NCBI GenBank assembly: GCA_965369995.1
Contig: CBDURO010000006.1
Span: forward strand, 3,728 to 67,727
Length of the DNA stretch: 64,000 nt
Reading direction: 5' to 3'
From: an uncultured bacterium
GTDB lineage: Bacteria; Fidelibacterota; Marinisomatia; Marinisomatales; JAHJCW01
The notes below the pieces were generated by a model. It did not search any database and was not told the origin of the DNA. It was given only the letters and a program-made list of their open reading frames with translations. A program made the position numbers and the translations under genes. Shown piece after piece: positions 16,998-28,300 of this stretch. Position 1 is the stretch's first letter; every line of letters starts with the position of its first letter.

Positions 16998-17888
16998 TTA
17001 CCCCGGCATACTGCCCGGTTTCAGTAGATTCTCTTCCATTAATCTAATTTCGTCAATTCCCGAAATAATGATTTTAGGATCAGGAATTAATTCTTTATTA
17101 GAAATTTTACCTTTATACTCCAAATTTTGTAGAATATACCTTATACAGGCAATCCGTGCCGACTTTTTATGATCGGATCGGATAATTGTCCATGGAGCGA
17201 TGGTGCTGTTTGTTTCGGTAAGCATTTGAAATTTGCGGATAGAGTACTTGTTCCACAGTTCTTGAGCAGAGGCATCGACGGGAGATAATTTATATTGTTT
17301 TAGTGGGTCATCCTCGCGGGCATCAAAACGGTTTTTTTGAATATCTTTGGAAACCGAAAAATAAAATTTGAATAGCTTAATTCCTTCCTTAATTATCATT
17401 CTTTCAAAAAGGGGAGCATATTTCAAAAAGCGTTTATTTTGCTCATCGGTGCAAAAACCCATCACCGGTTCCACCATCGCACGGTTATACCAACTGCGGT
17501 CAAAAAATACGATTTCTCCCTCGGTAGGAAGATGCTGAGAATATCTTTGGAAGTACCATTGCGTGGTTTCACGGTCACTTGGTTTTTCAAGCGCTACAAC
17601 GCGCGCACCGCGCGGATTCATATGTTCAACGATCCGCTTAATTGTACCGCCTTTCCCGGCGGCATCACGCCCTTCAAAAAGCATTACGATTCGCAATCCC
17701 TTATCCTTAACGTGATTCTGCAGTTTTAAAAGCTCAATTTGAAGTTTTCTCAGTTCAAGCTCATATTCGATAGTTGTTTTCTTTATATAAACCGCTACAC
17801 GTTCTTTGTTAGGTTTCTTATCAAGATTTTTCCCGGCAGTACTCTCAGATAATTTTTTTGGACTTATTTTTTGTGGTTCTTTACCCAT
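16998..17888 (-). CDS. ppk2: Polyphosphate kinase 2 family protein
   Basis: 296 aa. PPK2 motifs FEGRDAAGKGG (Walker A-like) and FDRSWYNRAMVE. Confidence 0.9.
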   Translation of the reverse strand: MGKEPQKISPKKLSESTAGKNLDKKPNKERVAVYIKKTTIEYELELRKLQIELLKLQNHVKDKGLRIVMLFEGRDAAGKGGTIKRIVEHMNPRGARVVALEKPSDRETTQWYFQRYSQHLPTEGEIVFFDRSWYNRAMVEPVMGFCTDEQNKRFLKYAPLFERMIIKEGIKLFKFYFSVSKDIQKNRFDAREDDPLKQYKLSPVDASAQELWNKYSIRKFQMLTETNSTIAPWTIIRSDHKKSARIACIRYILQNLEYKGKISNKELIPDPKIIISGIDEIRLMEENLLKPGSMPG

Positions 17889-17905
17889 AATGTTTTACTC
17901 CCTTT

Positions 17906-18775
17906 TTACCGCATGAATTTTCCAAACTTTTTACGCTGTTTTTTCATTATCTTAATTTCTCTCTCAGCGGTAATAACTGTTTTTGGATCTATCGAGAAAT
18001 TTAATCTTTTATTCCGGTTCCTATAGCGTACTGAGTTTAAAATTAACTTTAATGTTTGCCGCCTTGCTTGGTGTTTATTATCGGAACGGATAATATACCA
18101 CGGAGCAAATTCTGTACTGGTTTTAACTAACATTTTGTATTTCTTTTCAGTGAATTCATCCCATAACTCCTGAGCCTGCAAATCGACTTCGCTAAGTTTC
18201 CATTGGCGTAACGGATCGTTTCTACGCCTTTCAAAACGGCGATTTTGTTCTTCCTTTGAAACAGAAAAATATAATTTTAACAAAATCGTTTTTTCATCTT
18301 CGAGGAAATTTTCTTCGTAGGTATTAACATGCTTTAAGAATTTATGATATTGAGATTGCGTACAAAATCCAAAGATTGGTTCTACCATCGCACGGTTGTA
18401 CCAGCTTCGGTCAAATAATGCAATTTCTCCGGCGTGCGGAAAATGTTCGATGTAGCGTTTGATGTGTAGCTCTGTTTTTTGGCTACCAGTTGGTTTACCT
18501 AAGGATACTACATGATAATGTTTTTCATTCATATAGCGCGTCATTCGTCTTATAGTCCCACCTTTACCGGATGCATCGCGCCCGTCAAATAGAATGATCA
18601 TCTTTTTTTTATATTTTTCAATATGTTCCTGCAATTTTATCATTTCCGCCTGATAGGGCATCAACTCTACTTTTTCGATATATCTTTGCAGACTATGCTC
18701 AAGTATTTTCGCATGAAAATCCTTGTTTGTTTTATAATCTTTAGGGAGTTTTTTTAGATTAATGTAAAAGTCCAT
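17906..18775 (-). CDS. ppk2: Polyphosphate kinase 2 family protein (tandem paralog)
   Basis: 289 aa. Motifs FDGRDASGKGG and FDRSWYNRAMVE. Ends 17 nt upstream of the second ppk2 gene. Confidence 0.9.
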   Translation of the reverse strand: MDFYINLKKLPKDYKTNKDFHAKILEHSLQRYIEKVELMPYQAEMIKLQEHIEKYKKKMIILFDGRDASGKGGTIRRMTRYMNEKHYHVVSLGKPTGSQKTELHIKRYIEHFPHAGEIALFDRSWYNRAMVEPIFGFCTQSQYHKFLKHVNTYEENFLEDEKTILLKLYFSVSKEEQNRRFERRRNDPLRQWKLSEVDLQAQELWDEFTEKKYKMLVKTSTEFAPWYIIRSDNKHQARRQTLKLILNSVRYRNRNKRLNFSIDPKTVITAEREIKIMKKQRKKFGKFMR

Positions 18776-18848
18776 ATCAACACTGTAATTATTTGTTTAA
18801 AAAGTAATTAAAGTTATTGATAAATGGATAATGATTAAAACAGATAAG

Positions 18849-20213
18849 TTATTTAACGTAAACAGTTTTGATATTTACAAACTCGCGGATTCCAAAATCC
18901 GATAATTCTCTGCCATAACCGCTTTGTTTAATACCGCCAAATGGTAAGCGCGGGTCGGATTTTACAAAATCATTCACAAAACAACTGCCCGCTTCAAGTT
19001 TTTCGGCAGCTATTTTCTTGCCGCGGGCGATGTCTTTGGTAAACACAGCAGCACCTAACCCGAATACAGAATTATTCGCTAAAGCGATGGCATCATTTTC
19101 GTCCTTGGCTGGAACGATGGCAGCCACCGGACCGAATAATTCTTCGTCAAATGCCGGCATCCCGGGTTTTACATCTGCTAAAATTGTCGGTGGATAGAAA
19201 GCTCCTTTGCCAAGCGGTATTTGTCCGCCTAATAATAATTTTGCACCTAATTCCACACTTTTAACTACTTGCTGATGCAGCTCATCACGTAAATTGATTC
19301 GTGCCATTGGTCCGATATTAGTACTTTCATCAAATGGATCACCCATTATTACATTTTGCATATTTTGAATTAATAATGATTGAAATTTCGGTAAAACCGA
19401 TTCCACAACAATAAAGCGCTTAGCCGCGATGCAACTTTGTCCGGTGTTAATTAATCGGCTAATGCTGCAAGAATTCACAGCTTTTTGTAGATCCGCATCT
19501 TCCAAAATAATATATGGATCGCTTCCCCCGAGTTCTAATACCGTTTTTTTGAGCATTTCACCTGCTTTTGATGCTACAGCTTTTCCGACGGGCGTACTGC
19601 CTGTTAATGAAATTGCTTTGACAGCCGGATTTTCGATGACAGAAGCCACCTTTTTGCTATTGATCAATAAAGTACGGAATGCATTTTTCGGGAAACCTGT
19701 GTCTCGAAAAATTTTCTCGATCGCCAAAGCACAACCGGATACATTAGAAGAGTGTTTAAGAATGCCAACATTTCCTGCCATCAATGTGGGAGCCGCAAAT
19801 CGAAATACTTGCCAGAAAGGAAAATTCCAGGGCATCACGGCAAGTATCACGCCCAATGGCTGAAAAGTAATATAACTTTTTGATGCATCGGTTCTAACTT
19901 CTATTGATGATAGGAATTTTTCACCATTTTCAGCGTAGTATTCGTACACCCATGCGCATTTTTCGATTTCCACACGACTTTCACGTATTGGTTTTCCCAT
20001 TTCCATCGTCATGATATTAGAATATTTTTCAATATTCTTTTTTAGAATTGATGCAATATTACGAAGTAATACTGCACGTTCATTAAAATTTGTTTGACAC
20101 CATCCTTTGAAAGCAGTATCAGCTTCAGCAATAATATGATTTATTTCATTTTGTGAGTGTTCTTTATAGTCCTTAATGACTTCTTGATTGAAAGGATTTA
20201 TAGATTGCAGCAT
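18849..20213 (-). CDS. NAD(P)-dependent aldehyde dehydrogenase, succinate-semialdehyde dehydrogenase-like
   Basis: 454 aa. ALDH catalytic blocks LELGGSDP (Glu) and NTGQSCIAAKR (Cys). The length is typical of the short SSADH subgroup. Confidence 0.8.
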   Translation of the reverse strand: MLQSINPFNQEVIKDYKEHSQNEINHIIAEADTAFKGWCQTNFNERAVLLRNIASILKKNIEKYSNIMTMEMGKPIRESRVEIEKCAWVYEYYAENGEKFLSSIEVRTDASKSYITFQPLGVILAVMPWNFPFWQVFRFAAPTLMAGNVGILKHSSNVSGCALAIEKIFRDTGFPKNAFRTLLINSKKVASVIENPAVKAISLTGSTPVGKAVASKAGEMLKKTVLELGGSDPYIILEDADLQKAVNSCSISRLINTGQSCIAAKRFIVVESVLPKFQSLLIQNMQNVIMGDPFDESTNIGPMARINLRDELHQQVVKSVELGAKLLLGGQIPLGKGAFYPPTILADVKPGMPAFDEELFGPVAAIVPAKDENDAIALANNSVFGLGAAVFTKDIARGKKIAAEKLEAGSCFVNDFVKSDPRLPFGGIKQSGYGRELSDFGIREFVNIKTVYVK

Positions 20214-20479
20214 AATGTACTCATTCAGTTTGATGTTGATAGTTTTTATTCCAATAAAAATATTATATAATGAATAGTAATTGCAATATTATTCGTAACA
20301 GAAAGGCAATATTATATAAATAAAATTTATTTAATTAATTTTAAAATAATTATTGATAGTATTATTTAATGTAGGCTAAATTTCTCGGCTTTATTCTGCA
20401 AGATAAGTGCGTCTATTTGACAATTGGTTTTTCTGAAATAAGTCCCGACATACATTTTGAAATTGGGTAGACCCGACAT

Positions 20480-20552
20480 GCCGGTGTAGCTCAGTTGGTA
20501 GAGCAGCTGATTTGTAATCAGCAGGTCGGGGGTTCGAATCCCTTCGCCGGCT
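20480..20552 (+). tRNA. tRNA-Thr (anticodon TGT)
   Basis: Hand-folded cloverleaf: acceptor gccggtg/cgccggc, D arm gctc-agttggta-gagc, anticodon stem gctga/tcagc with loop tt-TGT-aa, T loop ttcgaat. Confidence 0.9.
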
Positions 20553-20613
20553 CAAGGATGCGCAATGACTTTTGAGCTATTCTCGCAGTTAGATTTTCTA
20601 TGAATTTATGATA

Positions 20614-20696
20614 GGGGAGATGGCCGAGCGGTCAATGGCAGCAGACTGTAAATCTGCCGGCGTACGCCTACGGAGGTTCGAATCCTTCTCTCCCCA
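20614..20696 (+). tRNA. tRNA-Tyr (anticodon GTA), long variable arm
   Basis: Acceptor ggggaga/tctcccc, anticodon stem gcaga/tctgc with loop ct-GTA-aa, 14-nt variable arm, T arm ggagg-ttcgaat-ccttc. Confidence 0.9.
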
Positions 20697-20703
20697 CAAA
20701 TTT

Positions 20704-20774
20704 GCGGGTGTAGTTCAATGGTAGAACACCAGCCTTCCAAGCTGGATATGTGAGTTCGATCCTCATCACCCGCT
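20704..20774 (+). tRNA. tRNA-Gly (anticodon TCC)
   Basis: Acceptor gcgggtg/cacccgc, anticodon stem ccagc/gctgg with loop ct-TCC-aa, T arm gtgag-ttcgatc-ctcat. Confidence 0.9.
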
Positions 20775-20825
20775 CGGATAGGTGATAGGGTGAATAGTTT
20801 CAGAAAAATTTAACAGTAAAGACGT

Positions 20826-20898
20826 GCCTGCGTAGCTCAGTTGGTAGAGCACGTCCTTGGTAAGGACGGGGTCATCGGTTCAAATCCGATCGTAGGCT
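20826..20898 (+). tRNA. tRNA-Thr (anticodon GGT)
   Basis: Acceptor gcctgcg/cgtaggc, anticodon stem cgtcc/ggacg with loop tt-GGT-aa, T arm atcgg-ttcaaat-ccgat. Confidence 0.9.
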
Positions 20899-20924
20899 CT
20901 GTATTTGATTTGACAAAAAACATG

Positions 20925-22132
20925 AGGAGAAACAAATGGCAAAGGAAAAATTTGAGCGAACGAAGCCACATGTAAACATTGGTACAATAGGCCATGTAGA
21001 TCATGGTAAGACGACATTAACAGCCGCGATAACATTATTGCAATCAGCGCAAGGGTTATCGGAGGTAATGACATTTGATGCTATCGATAATGCTCCGGAG
21101 GAGCGTGAGCGTGGAATTACGATCCAGACAGCACATGTAGAGTATGAGACAGTCAATCGTCATTATGCGCACGTAGATTGTCCGGGTCATGCTGATTATA
21201 TTAAGAATATGATCACAGGAGCAGCTCAGATGGATGGAGCGATATTAGTTGTAAGTGCAGCTGATGGTCCAATGCCCCAGACGCGAGAGCATGTATTATT
21301 AGCTCGTCAGGTTAATGTTCCAAGTATTGTAGTATTTATGAACAAGACCGATCAAGTAGATGATCCTGAGTTGTTAGAATTAGTTGAGATGGAACTAAGA
21401 GATTTATTGAATGAGTATAAGTTCCCCGGTGATGACACACCGATTATTATGGGTAGCGCATTAAATGCCTTGAATAATCCTAAAGATCCGGAAGCTACCA
21501 AATGCATAACGGAATTATTAGAAGCCTGTGATAGTTTTATACCTGAGCCGAAGCGCGATGTAGACAAACCGTTTTTGATGCCTGTGGAGGATGTATTTAG
21601 TATAACCGGTCGTGGAACAGTAGGAACCGGTAGGATCGAGCGTGGTATAGTGAAGGTTGGTGATGAAATAGAGATGATCGGAATGGGTGCTCATAAGAAG
21701 ACGGTATGTACGGGTGTAGAGATGTTCCGTAAGCTATTGGATGAAGGTAGAGCGGGAGATAATGCCGGATTATTATTACGTGGAGTAGATAAAGAAGAAT
21801 TGAAACGTGGAATGGTATTGGCTAAGCCTGGTAGTATAACTCCGCATACAAAGTTTAAGGCCAATGTATATGTATTGAAGAAAGAAGAGGGTGGTCGTCA
21901 CACGCCATTTTTCAATGGTTACAGACCACAGTTTTACTTCCGTACGACCGATGTAACGGGAATAGGAACATTACCTGAGGGAACAGAGATGGTAATGCCG
22001 GGAGATAATGTAGAGTTGAGTATAGAGTTAATTACACCGATAGCGATGGATAAGGAGTTGCGCTTTGCTATTAGAGAAGGTGGACATACGGTAGGTGCCG
22101 GTGTTGTTACTGAGATTATTGAGTAAGTAGGT
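20925..22132 (+). repeat. tuf repeat copy 1 (1208 nt, identical to 36395-37602 except one base)
   Basis: Line-by-line comparison at an offset of 15470 nt. The only difference seen is 22126 (a) versus 37596 (g). Confidence 0.9.
20936..22126 (+). CDS. tuf: Elongation factor Tu (copy 1, tRNA-cluster/secE-nusG context)
   Basis: 396 aa, [18 protein letters not shown] and NKTD G-domain motifs. Sits in the conserved tRNA-Thr/Tyr/Gly/Thr-tuf arrangement. Confidence 0.98.
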   Translation: MAKEKFERTKPHVNIGTIGHVDHGKTTLTAAITLLQSAQGLSEVMTFDAIDNAPEERERGITIQTAHVEYETVNRHYAHVDCPGHADYIKNMITGAAQMDGAILVVSAADGPMPQTREHVLLARQVNVPSIVVFMNKTDQVDDPELLELVEMELRDLLNEYKFPGDDTPIIMGSALNALNNPKDPEATKCITELLEACDSFIPEPKRDVDKPFLMPVEDVFSITGRGTVGTGRIERGIVKVGDEIEMIGMGAHKKTVCTGVEMFRKLLDEGRAGDNAGLLLRGVDKEELKRGMVLAKPGSITPHTKFKANVYVLKKEEGGRHTPFFNGYRPQFYFRTTDVTGIGTLPEGTEMVMPGDNVELSIELITPIAMDKELRFAIREGGHTVGAGVVTEIIE

Positions 22133-22138
22133 ATTAAA

Positions 22139-22303
22139 ATGGCAGGTAACAGCAAAAGAGTAATAGTTAGATTGGAGAGTACTGCAGGTACAGGATACAG
22201 GTATACTATTACTAAAAGTAAACGGATACATCCTGAACGGCTTGAATATAAGAAGTATGATCCTATCGTTCGGAAGTATGTTATCTTTAAAGAAACCAAA
22301 TAA
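22139..22303 (+). CDS. rpmG: 50S ribosomal protein L33
   Basis: Hand translation (54 aa, below the ORF-track cutoff): [54 protein letters not shown]. This is the canonical L33 pattern (no-Cys form), and the gene lies between tuf and tRNA-Trp/secE. Confidence 0.9.
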   Translation: MAGNSKRVIVRLESTAGTGYRYTITKSKRIHPERLEYKKYDPIVRKYVIFKETK

Positions 22304-22349
22304 TTTATATAAATAAAAAACATTTATGATATCAATTTTGGTGATAATT

Positions 22350-22422
22350 AGGAGTGTAGCTCAATTGGCAGAGCACCGGTCTCCAAAACCGGGGGTTGCG
22401 GGTTCAATTCCTGCCACTCCTG
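22350..22422 (+). tRNA. tRNA-Trp (anticodon CCA)
   Basis: Acceptor aggagtg/cactcct, anticodon stem ccggt/accgg with loop ct-CCA-aa, T arm gcggg-ttcaatt-cctgc. Confidence 0.9.
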
Positions 22423-22480
22423 CTATTATCGCACTGCGATAATTAAGATATTTGGTGCGCTGTTTAAGGATCTTACAATA

Positions 22481-22663
22481 ATGATTAAAAAAATTAGAAA
22501 ATATATTGAAGAAGTACAGTTTGAAATGAAAAAGGTGTCCTGGCCTACTTGGGATGAACTGAAAGGTTCAACCTATGTTGTATTATCTTTTTCAGTGTTA
22601 ATAGCTGTATTCCTTTTTATTGCAGATCTTATTTTAAACAAAATTTTAAGCATTATCTTATAA
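22481..22663 (+). CDS. secE: Preprotein translocase subunit SecE
   Basis: 60 aa with a single C-terminal TM helix. EMKKVSWPTWDEL is typical of SecE, and the gene lies directly upstream of nusG. Confidence 0.9.
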   Translation: MIKKIRKYIEEVQFEMKKVSWPTWDELKGSTYVVLSFSVLIAVFLFIADLILNKILSIIL

Positions 22664-22668
22664 ACAAT

Positions 22669-23196
22669 ATGGAATGGTATTCATTAAGAGTAATCTCCGG
22701 TAAGGAGAAAAAAATTAAAGAGGCTATCCTATTTGAGGTTTTACATAGTGAATACTCGGAGATGGTGAAGGAAGTTCTAGTTCCCACAGAGAATATAATC
22801 GAGATGAAGGAAGGGAAAAAGAAGGTTCGTGAAAGAGTTTTTTTCCCGGGATATTTATTAATAAAAATGGAGATTACTAAAGAATCAAAATTTTTAGTTG
22901 AAAATATAAATGGTGTAATAAACTTTATTGGATCTCGTGGAGAACCTCAACCTCTCAAACCCGAGGAAATCAGTAGAATTATTGGTGTGGTGGAAGGAAG
23001 TAAAGATTTTGAATTAGTTGCTCATCCGTTTAAAACCGGAGATGCAGTTAAAGTTATTGATGGACCATTTATGGATTTCTCAGGTTTTGTTCAAGAAGTT
23101 AACACAGATAAGCAAAAATTAAAGGTTTCAGTAAGTATTTTTGGCAGACCTACGCCAATTGAATTGGATTATTTGCAAGTTGAATTAGAAAAATAG
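22669..23196 (+). CDS. nusG: Transcription termination/antitermination factor NusG
   Basis: 175 aa, WY..R NGN-domain start, C-terminal KOW (GDAVKVIDGPFMDFSGFV), conserved secE-nusG-rplK order. Confidence 0.95.
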   Translation: MEWYSLRVISGKEKKIKEAILFEVLHSEYSEMVKEVLVPTENIIEMKEGKKKVRERVFFPGYLLIKMEITKESKFLVENINGVINFIGSRGEPQPLKPEEISRIIGVVEGSKDFELVAHPFKTGDAVKVIDGPFMDFSGFVQEVNTDKQKLKVSVSIFGRPTPIELDYLQVELEK

Positions 23197-23205
23197 GTTA
23201 TAATT

Positions 23206-23631
23206 ATGGCGAAAAAAGAAATTGGATTTATAAAACTTCAAATTCCGGCAGGGCAAGCTAATCCCGCTCCACCCGTTGGACCTGCGTTGGGACAACATGG
23301 TGTCAATATTATGGAATTTTGTAAAGCCTTTAATGCTGCTACGCAAAATCAACCCGGTATGATAATTCCGGTTGAAATTACAGTCTATGCAGATAGAAGT
23401 TTTTCTTACATTACTAAAACGCCACCTGCTGCTACATTAATTATTAAAGCAGCAAAAATCGAAAAAGGATCTGGAGAGCCAAATAAAGAAAAAGTCGGAA
23501 AAATAAGTAGAAAAGATCTGGAAGAAATCGCATCCATAAAAATGGAAGATTTAAATGCTAATACTATCGAAAATGCAGTTAAAATGATAGCCGGTACTGC
23601 CAGAAGTATGGGCGTAGAAGTAGTGAATTAG
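23206..23631 (+). CDS. rplK: 50S ribosomal protein L11
   Basis: 141 aa; [32 protein letters not shown] is the canonical L11 sequence. Confidence 0.98.
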   Translation: MAKKEIGFIKLQIPAGQANPAPPVGPALGQHGVNIMEFCKAFNAATQNQPGMIIPVEITVYADRSFSYITKTPPAATLIIKAAKIEKGSGEPNKEKVGKISRKDLEEIASIKMEDLNANTIENAVKMIAGTARSMGVEVVN

Positions 23632-23642
23632 GTTCAATAATT

Positions 23643-24329
23643 ATGAATTCAAAAAATAGAAAAAAAGTTTTAGAGAAAATTGATCGTACAAAGGAATATC
23701 CTTTAGAAGAGGCTGTCAAACTTGTCAAAGAATTATCGTTTGCAAAATTTGACGAATCGGTTGAAGTTGCCATTAATCTTGGGGTAGATCCACGACATGC
23801 TGATCAAAATATTCGTATAACTACCGGGTTGCCATATGGAACAGGAAAAGGTGTGAAAGTATTAGTCATTACATCTGGAGCGAAGGAGCAAGAGGCAAAA
23901 GATGCAGGTGCTGACTATGTTGGTTATAGCGAATATATCGATAAAATAAAAGCGGGTTGGGCTGATGTTGACAAGATTATTGCCACGCCTGATGCAATGC
24001 CTGACTTGGGGAAATTAGGTAAAATATTAGGACCAAAGGGACTAATGCCAAATCCCAAAAGCGGAACTGTTACAATGGATATTGGAACTGCCGTTAAAGA
24101 ATTAAAAGCAGGTAAGATTGAATTAAGAGTAGATAAAACCGGTATTATTCATGCAGCATGTGGAAAAGTATCTTTTGATGAGAAAGCTTTATTTGAAAAT
24201 ATTGAAACAATATATAATACTATAATGAAAGCAAAGCCTGCATCCGTTAAAGGTCGCTATTTGAAGAAAATGACAATATCGTCTACTATGGGCCCGGGAA
24301 TTAAAATTGATTATACAGCTTTAAGGTAA
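23643..24329 (+). CDS. rplA: 50S ribosomal protein L1
   Basis: 228 aa; [23 protein letters not shown] is typical of L1; operon position. Confidence 0.97.
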   Translation: MNSKNRKKVLEKIDRTKEYPLEEAVKLVKELSFAKFDESVEVAINLGVDPRHADQNIRITTGLPYGTGKGVKVLVITSGAKEQEAKDAGADYVGYSEYIDKIKAGWADVDKIIATPDAMPDLGKLGKILGPKGLMPNPKSGTVTMDIGTAVKELKAGKIELRVDKTGIIHAACGKVSFDEKALFENIETIYNTIMKAKPASVKGRYLKKMTISSTMGPGIKIDYTALR

Positions 24330-24333
24330 TATA

Positions 24334-24849
24334 ATGCCAAATAAGAAAAATATACAACAAGTTGAAGAATTAACTGAAAAATTAAATAAAGCTAAAGCAA
24401 TTTACTTCACAGATTATATTGGATTAGATGTTGGGAGTATTACGCAGTTGCGTTCCGAATTCTATCAAAATTCAGTAGAATATTATGTTGCTAAAAATAC
24501 TCTGTTAAAAATTGCTGCAGAAAATAATAAAATTGAAGGATTGGATAAATTTTTATTAGGTCCTACAGCTATTGCAATATCTTATGATGAACCTACAACA
24601 CCAGCAAAGATCATCAAAGAATTTGCCAAGAAATTTGATAAACCAACTGTGAAAGGTATATTATTTGATGGAGAGGTCCTTGACGGATCAAAATTCAAAA
24701 GTATTGCTGATATGCCATCACGTGAGCAGTTAATTGCTATGTTCGCAAGTTCATTGCAAAGTCCATTAGTGAAGTTATTAGGAGTTTTAAACGCTACTAT
24801 GTATAGCTTGGTTGGTGTATTGAATAGTTTAAAAGAAAAGAAATCATAG
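24334..24849 (+). CDS. rplJ: 50S ribosomal protein L10
   Basis: 171 aa; position between rplA and rplL, and an L10-like N-terminal region. Confidence 0.95.
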   Translation: MPNKKNIQQVEELTEKLNKAKAIYFTDYIGLDVGSITQLRSEFYQNSVEYYVAKNTLLKIAAENNKIEGLDKFLLGPTAIAISYDEPTTPAKIIKEFAKKFDKPTVKGILFDGEVLDGSKFKSIADMPSREQLIAMFASSLQSPLVKLLGVLNATMYSLVGVLNSLKEKKS

Positions 24850-24878
24850 ATCTATAAATTGAATAAAGGAGTTAGTTA

Positions 24879-25253
24879 ATGGCCGTCACAAGAGCAGATG
24901 TTTTGTCTTATATAGAGAAAGCAAATATTATTGAAATATCCGAATTAGTAAAAGAAATTGAAGAGAAATTTGGTGTTAGCGCAGCTACACCAGTAGCCGC
25001 TGCCGCCGCTCCTGCCGCGGGAGAAGTTGCAGCTGAAGAAAAAACTGATTTTGATGTGGTTTTAATAGCAGCCGGACAAGCAAAAATCGCTGTCATAAAA
25101 GCAGTTAGAACAATTACCAGTCTTGGATTAAAAGAAGCCAAAGAATTAGTTGATTCAGCCCCTAAGGCAGTAAAAGAGAATGTACCGCAAGCAGAAGCCG
25201 AAGAAGTTAAAAAAACTTTGGAAGAAGCTGGCGCAACTGTTGAATTAAAGTAA
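24879..25253 (+). CDS. rplL: 50S ribosomal protein L7/L12
   Basis: 124 aa; Ala-rich hinge [15 protein letters not shown] and C-terminal domain [14 protein letters not shown]. Confidence 0.98.
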   Translation: MAVTRADVLSYIEKANIIEISELVKEIEEKFGVSAATPVAAAAAPAAGEVAAEEKTDFDVVLIAAGQAKIAVIKAVRTITSLGLKEAKELVDSAPKAVKENVPQAEAEEVKKTLEEAGATVELK

Positions 25254-25313
25254 AATAGATAAGTCTATTATCTTTATCTCATCTCTGTTTTAAATAAAAA
25301 ATAGGAGGCTTTT

Positions 25314-28300
25314 TTGGGAGCCAATAATTTATATGCGGCTGAACGGGTTTCGTTTCAGAAAATTCATTCAGTCGTTGAAATGCCTGATCTACTTGGTCTT
25401 CAGCGCGATTCTTATCGCATGTTTTTACAAGAAGATACCCTTGAAGACGAGCGAAAACGTATCGGTTTGGAAGAAGTTTTTCAAAATGTATTTCCTATCG
25501 AAGATTCGCATCGTAATTATATATTAGAATATAAGAGTTATTATCTTGCACCTCCAAAGTATTCGACTGATGAATGCATAGAAAGAGGCGTCACTTATTC
25601 AGCGCCGCTAAAAGTAAAATTGGTATTGAATATTACAGATGAAGAAGATCGTAGTAAATATGCTCAATCTATTGAGCAAGATGTGTATTTTGGTAATATA
25701 CCTTATATGACTAATAAAGGTACGTTTATTATTAATGGCGCAGAAAGGGTGGTGGTTTCACAATTACAGCGCTCGCCCGGTGTATTTTTTGACCAAACTA
25801 TACATCCTAATGGTACAAAATTATTTCAAGCAAGAATTATTCCTATTCGCGGCTCTTGGGTAGACTTTACCACTGACATTAATGATTGTCTCTTTGTTAT
25901 TATCGATCGTCGCAGAAAATTCCCTGCAACGATGTTATTACGTGCACTCGGTATTTCTACTGATGCTGACCTATTTGAAGCACTGAAATGTATTAATAAA
26001 GTTGATCTTGCCAAAAAGGATTTAAGTGATGTTATTGGTGCAACGATTGTAGAAGATATTATTGATACGGCTACAGGTGAAATTTATTTTGAACATGGTA
26101 CCGAAATAACAAATGAAGTATTAAAGGTATTAAAAGACGCAAAAATAAAATCTATTAAAATAGTGGATAGAAATAAAGATTTCCACGCTATGATGCTTCT
26201 GAATACTATTGAAAAAGACCCGACGCAGAATACTGAGGAAGCACTTGAAGTAGTTTATCAACTAATTCGCTCGAGTGAACCGCCAAATTTGGAAACTGCT
26301 CAAAAATTTATTGAACGGATGTTTTTCAATCCCAAAAAATATGATTTAGGTCAAGTCGGACGATATAGACTGAATAAACAATTCGATTTAAATATTAATG
26401 TTGAAGATACAGTATTAACTATGGAGGACATTGTTAAAGTCGTTCAATATCTTGTTGATATGCGAAAAGGAGAACGCGGAACTGATGATATTGACCATTT
26501 GGGCAATCGCCGAGTTAGAACAGTAGGTGAACAGTTAAAGAATCAGTTTGCTACAGCTCTAAGTCGAATGATTCGAACAATTCATGATCGTATGAATCTT
26601 CGTGAAGCGGAATCAATTACACCTCAGGATTTAATCAATGCGAGAGTTGTTACTACAGTTATCAATACGTTTTTTGGTACAAGTCAAATGTCGCAGTTTG
26701 GAGACCAAACAAATCCATTAGCTGAAATTACACATAAGCGTCGTATTTCTGCTCTAGGTCCTGGTGGATTGACTCGTGAACGAGCAGGATTTGAAGTTCG
26801 AGATGTTCACTATACGCATTACGGTAGATTGTGTCCAATTGAGACGCCTGAGGGTCCAAACATTGGTCTTATATCTTCTTTAGCATTAATGGCAAGTATT
26901 AATTGGCATGGTTTTATCGAAGCTCCATATCGCAAAATTAAATTGAAAGATGACGCTGCATATGTAACAAATAAGATAGAATATTTATCTGCTGATGACG
27001 AAGATAGAGTGTTAATCGCGCAATCAAATGCCAAGTTGGATGCAAATAATAAAATCTCAGACAGCTCACTGAGAGTAAGAATCAAGGGTGACTTTCCAAT
27101 GGTTGAACCGAAAAAGGTAGAATACATGGATGTGGCGCCTAATCAAATTTTAAGTGTGGCTGCTGCATTAATTCCTTTTGTTGAACATGATGATGCTAAT
27201 CGTGCTTTGATGGGTTCAAATATGCAACGTCAAGCAGTCCCATTAATGAATCCGAAATCGCCTATTGTTGGTACTGGTATGGAAGGTATAGTAGCTCTTG
27301 ATTCAGGGGCTTGCGTCTCAAGTCCTGTAAGTGGTACGGTTGTATATGTGGACGCTAAACAAATCAAAATCAAAATTGGTCAAATTCCAGAAGAACTTTG
27401 TTTAGTTGAAGGTGATAATATAGTTGTAATTAAGTTGGAAAAAAATCGTAGATCCAATCAAAACACTTGTTACAATCAGCGACCATTGGTAAAAATAGGT
27501 CAAAAAGTGAAGGAAGGAGACGTTTTAGCTGATGGTGCATCTACCAATAATGGAGAATTGGCATTAGGAAGAAATGTAATTGTAGCATTTATGCCATGGC
27601 GTGGATATAATTATGAAGATGCAATAGTGCTAAATGAAAGATTAGTGAAAGACGATGTATTCACGTCAGTTCATATAAACGAGATTGAACTTGAGGTACG
27701 TGAAACGAAACGCGGTGAAGAAGAATTGACACCTGAAATTCCTAATGTTAGTGAAGAGGCTACCAAAGATTTAAATGACAATGGTATTATTAGAGTTGGA
27801 GCTAGAGTCAAGGAAGGCGATATTATAATTGGAAAAGTTACTCCGAAAGGTGAGACTGATCCTACACCGGAAGAAAAGTTGTTAAGGGCAATATTTGGTG
27901 AAAAAGCCGGTGATGTGAAGGATGCCTCCAAACATGCGTCTCCCGGAATAAAAGGTACTGTAATAAAAACTAAATTATTTGAAAAACGTGCAAGTAAATC
28001 AAAGGTGCTTGATCGTAAAAAAATTATCGAGTTGCAAGAAGACGCCCGTAATCAAAAGCAAAATTTAAAGAAATCGAGAGATAAGATACTTTTACGGTTA
28101 CTAACTGATGAAACTTCAGGAGGTATTCGTGACTCAGCTTCCAATAAAACATTAATTAAGAAAGGTACAAAGCTTACTGAAAAGAGACTAAAAGAATTTG
28201 ATTTTGAACGATTTGCGCAAGATGAACCGTGGATTGAAAGTACCAATTCATGGAAGAAAATAAAATTAGTATGGAGTTCATTCAGGAAAGAGTGGAATCG

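Noticed and set aside
20444-20479. 8-nt direct repeat cccgacat (20444-20451 and 20472-20479), the second copy abutting the 5' end of tRNA-Thr; also TTGACA at 20417-20422
   Set aside because: The repeat is too short to exclude chance. I could not find a convincing -10 element at proper spacing from the TTGACA, so no promoter is called.
21352-21567. 71-aa antisense ORF inside tuf, with an identical twin at 36822-37037
   Set aside because: It is a shadow ORF on the opposite strand of a highly conserved gene. It appears twice only because tuf itself is duplicated.
22426-22442. 7-bp hairpin ttatcgc-act-gcgataa just after tRNA-Trp
   Set aside because: It has a 3-nt loop and no U-tract. It may be a processing signal, but the evidence is insufficient to annotate it.
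25257-25273. AT-rich hairpin agataa-gtcta-ttatct between rplL and rpoB (position of the classical attenuator)
   Set aside because: The 6-bp all-A/T stem is too weak to call a terminator or attenuator from sequence alone.
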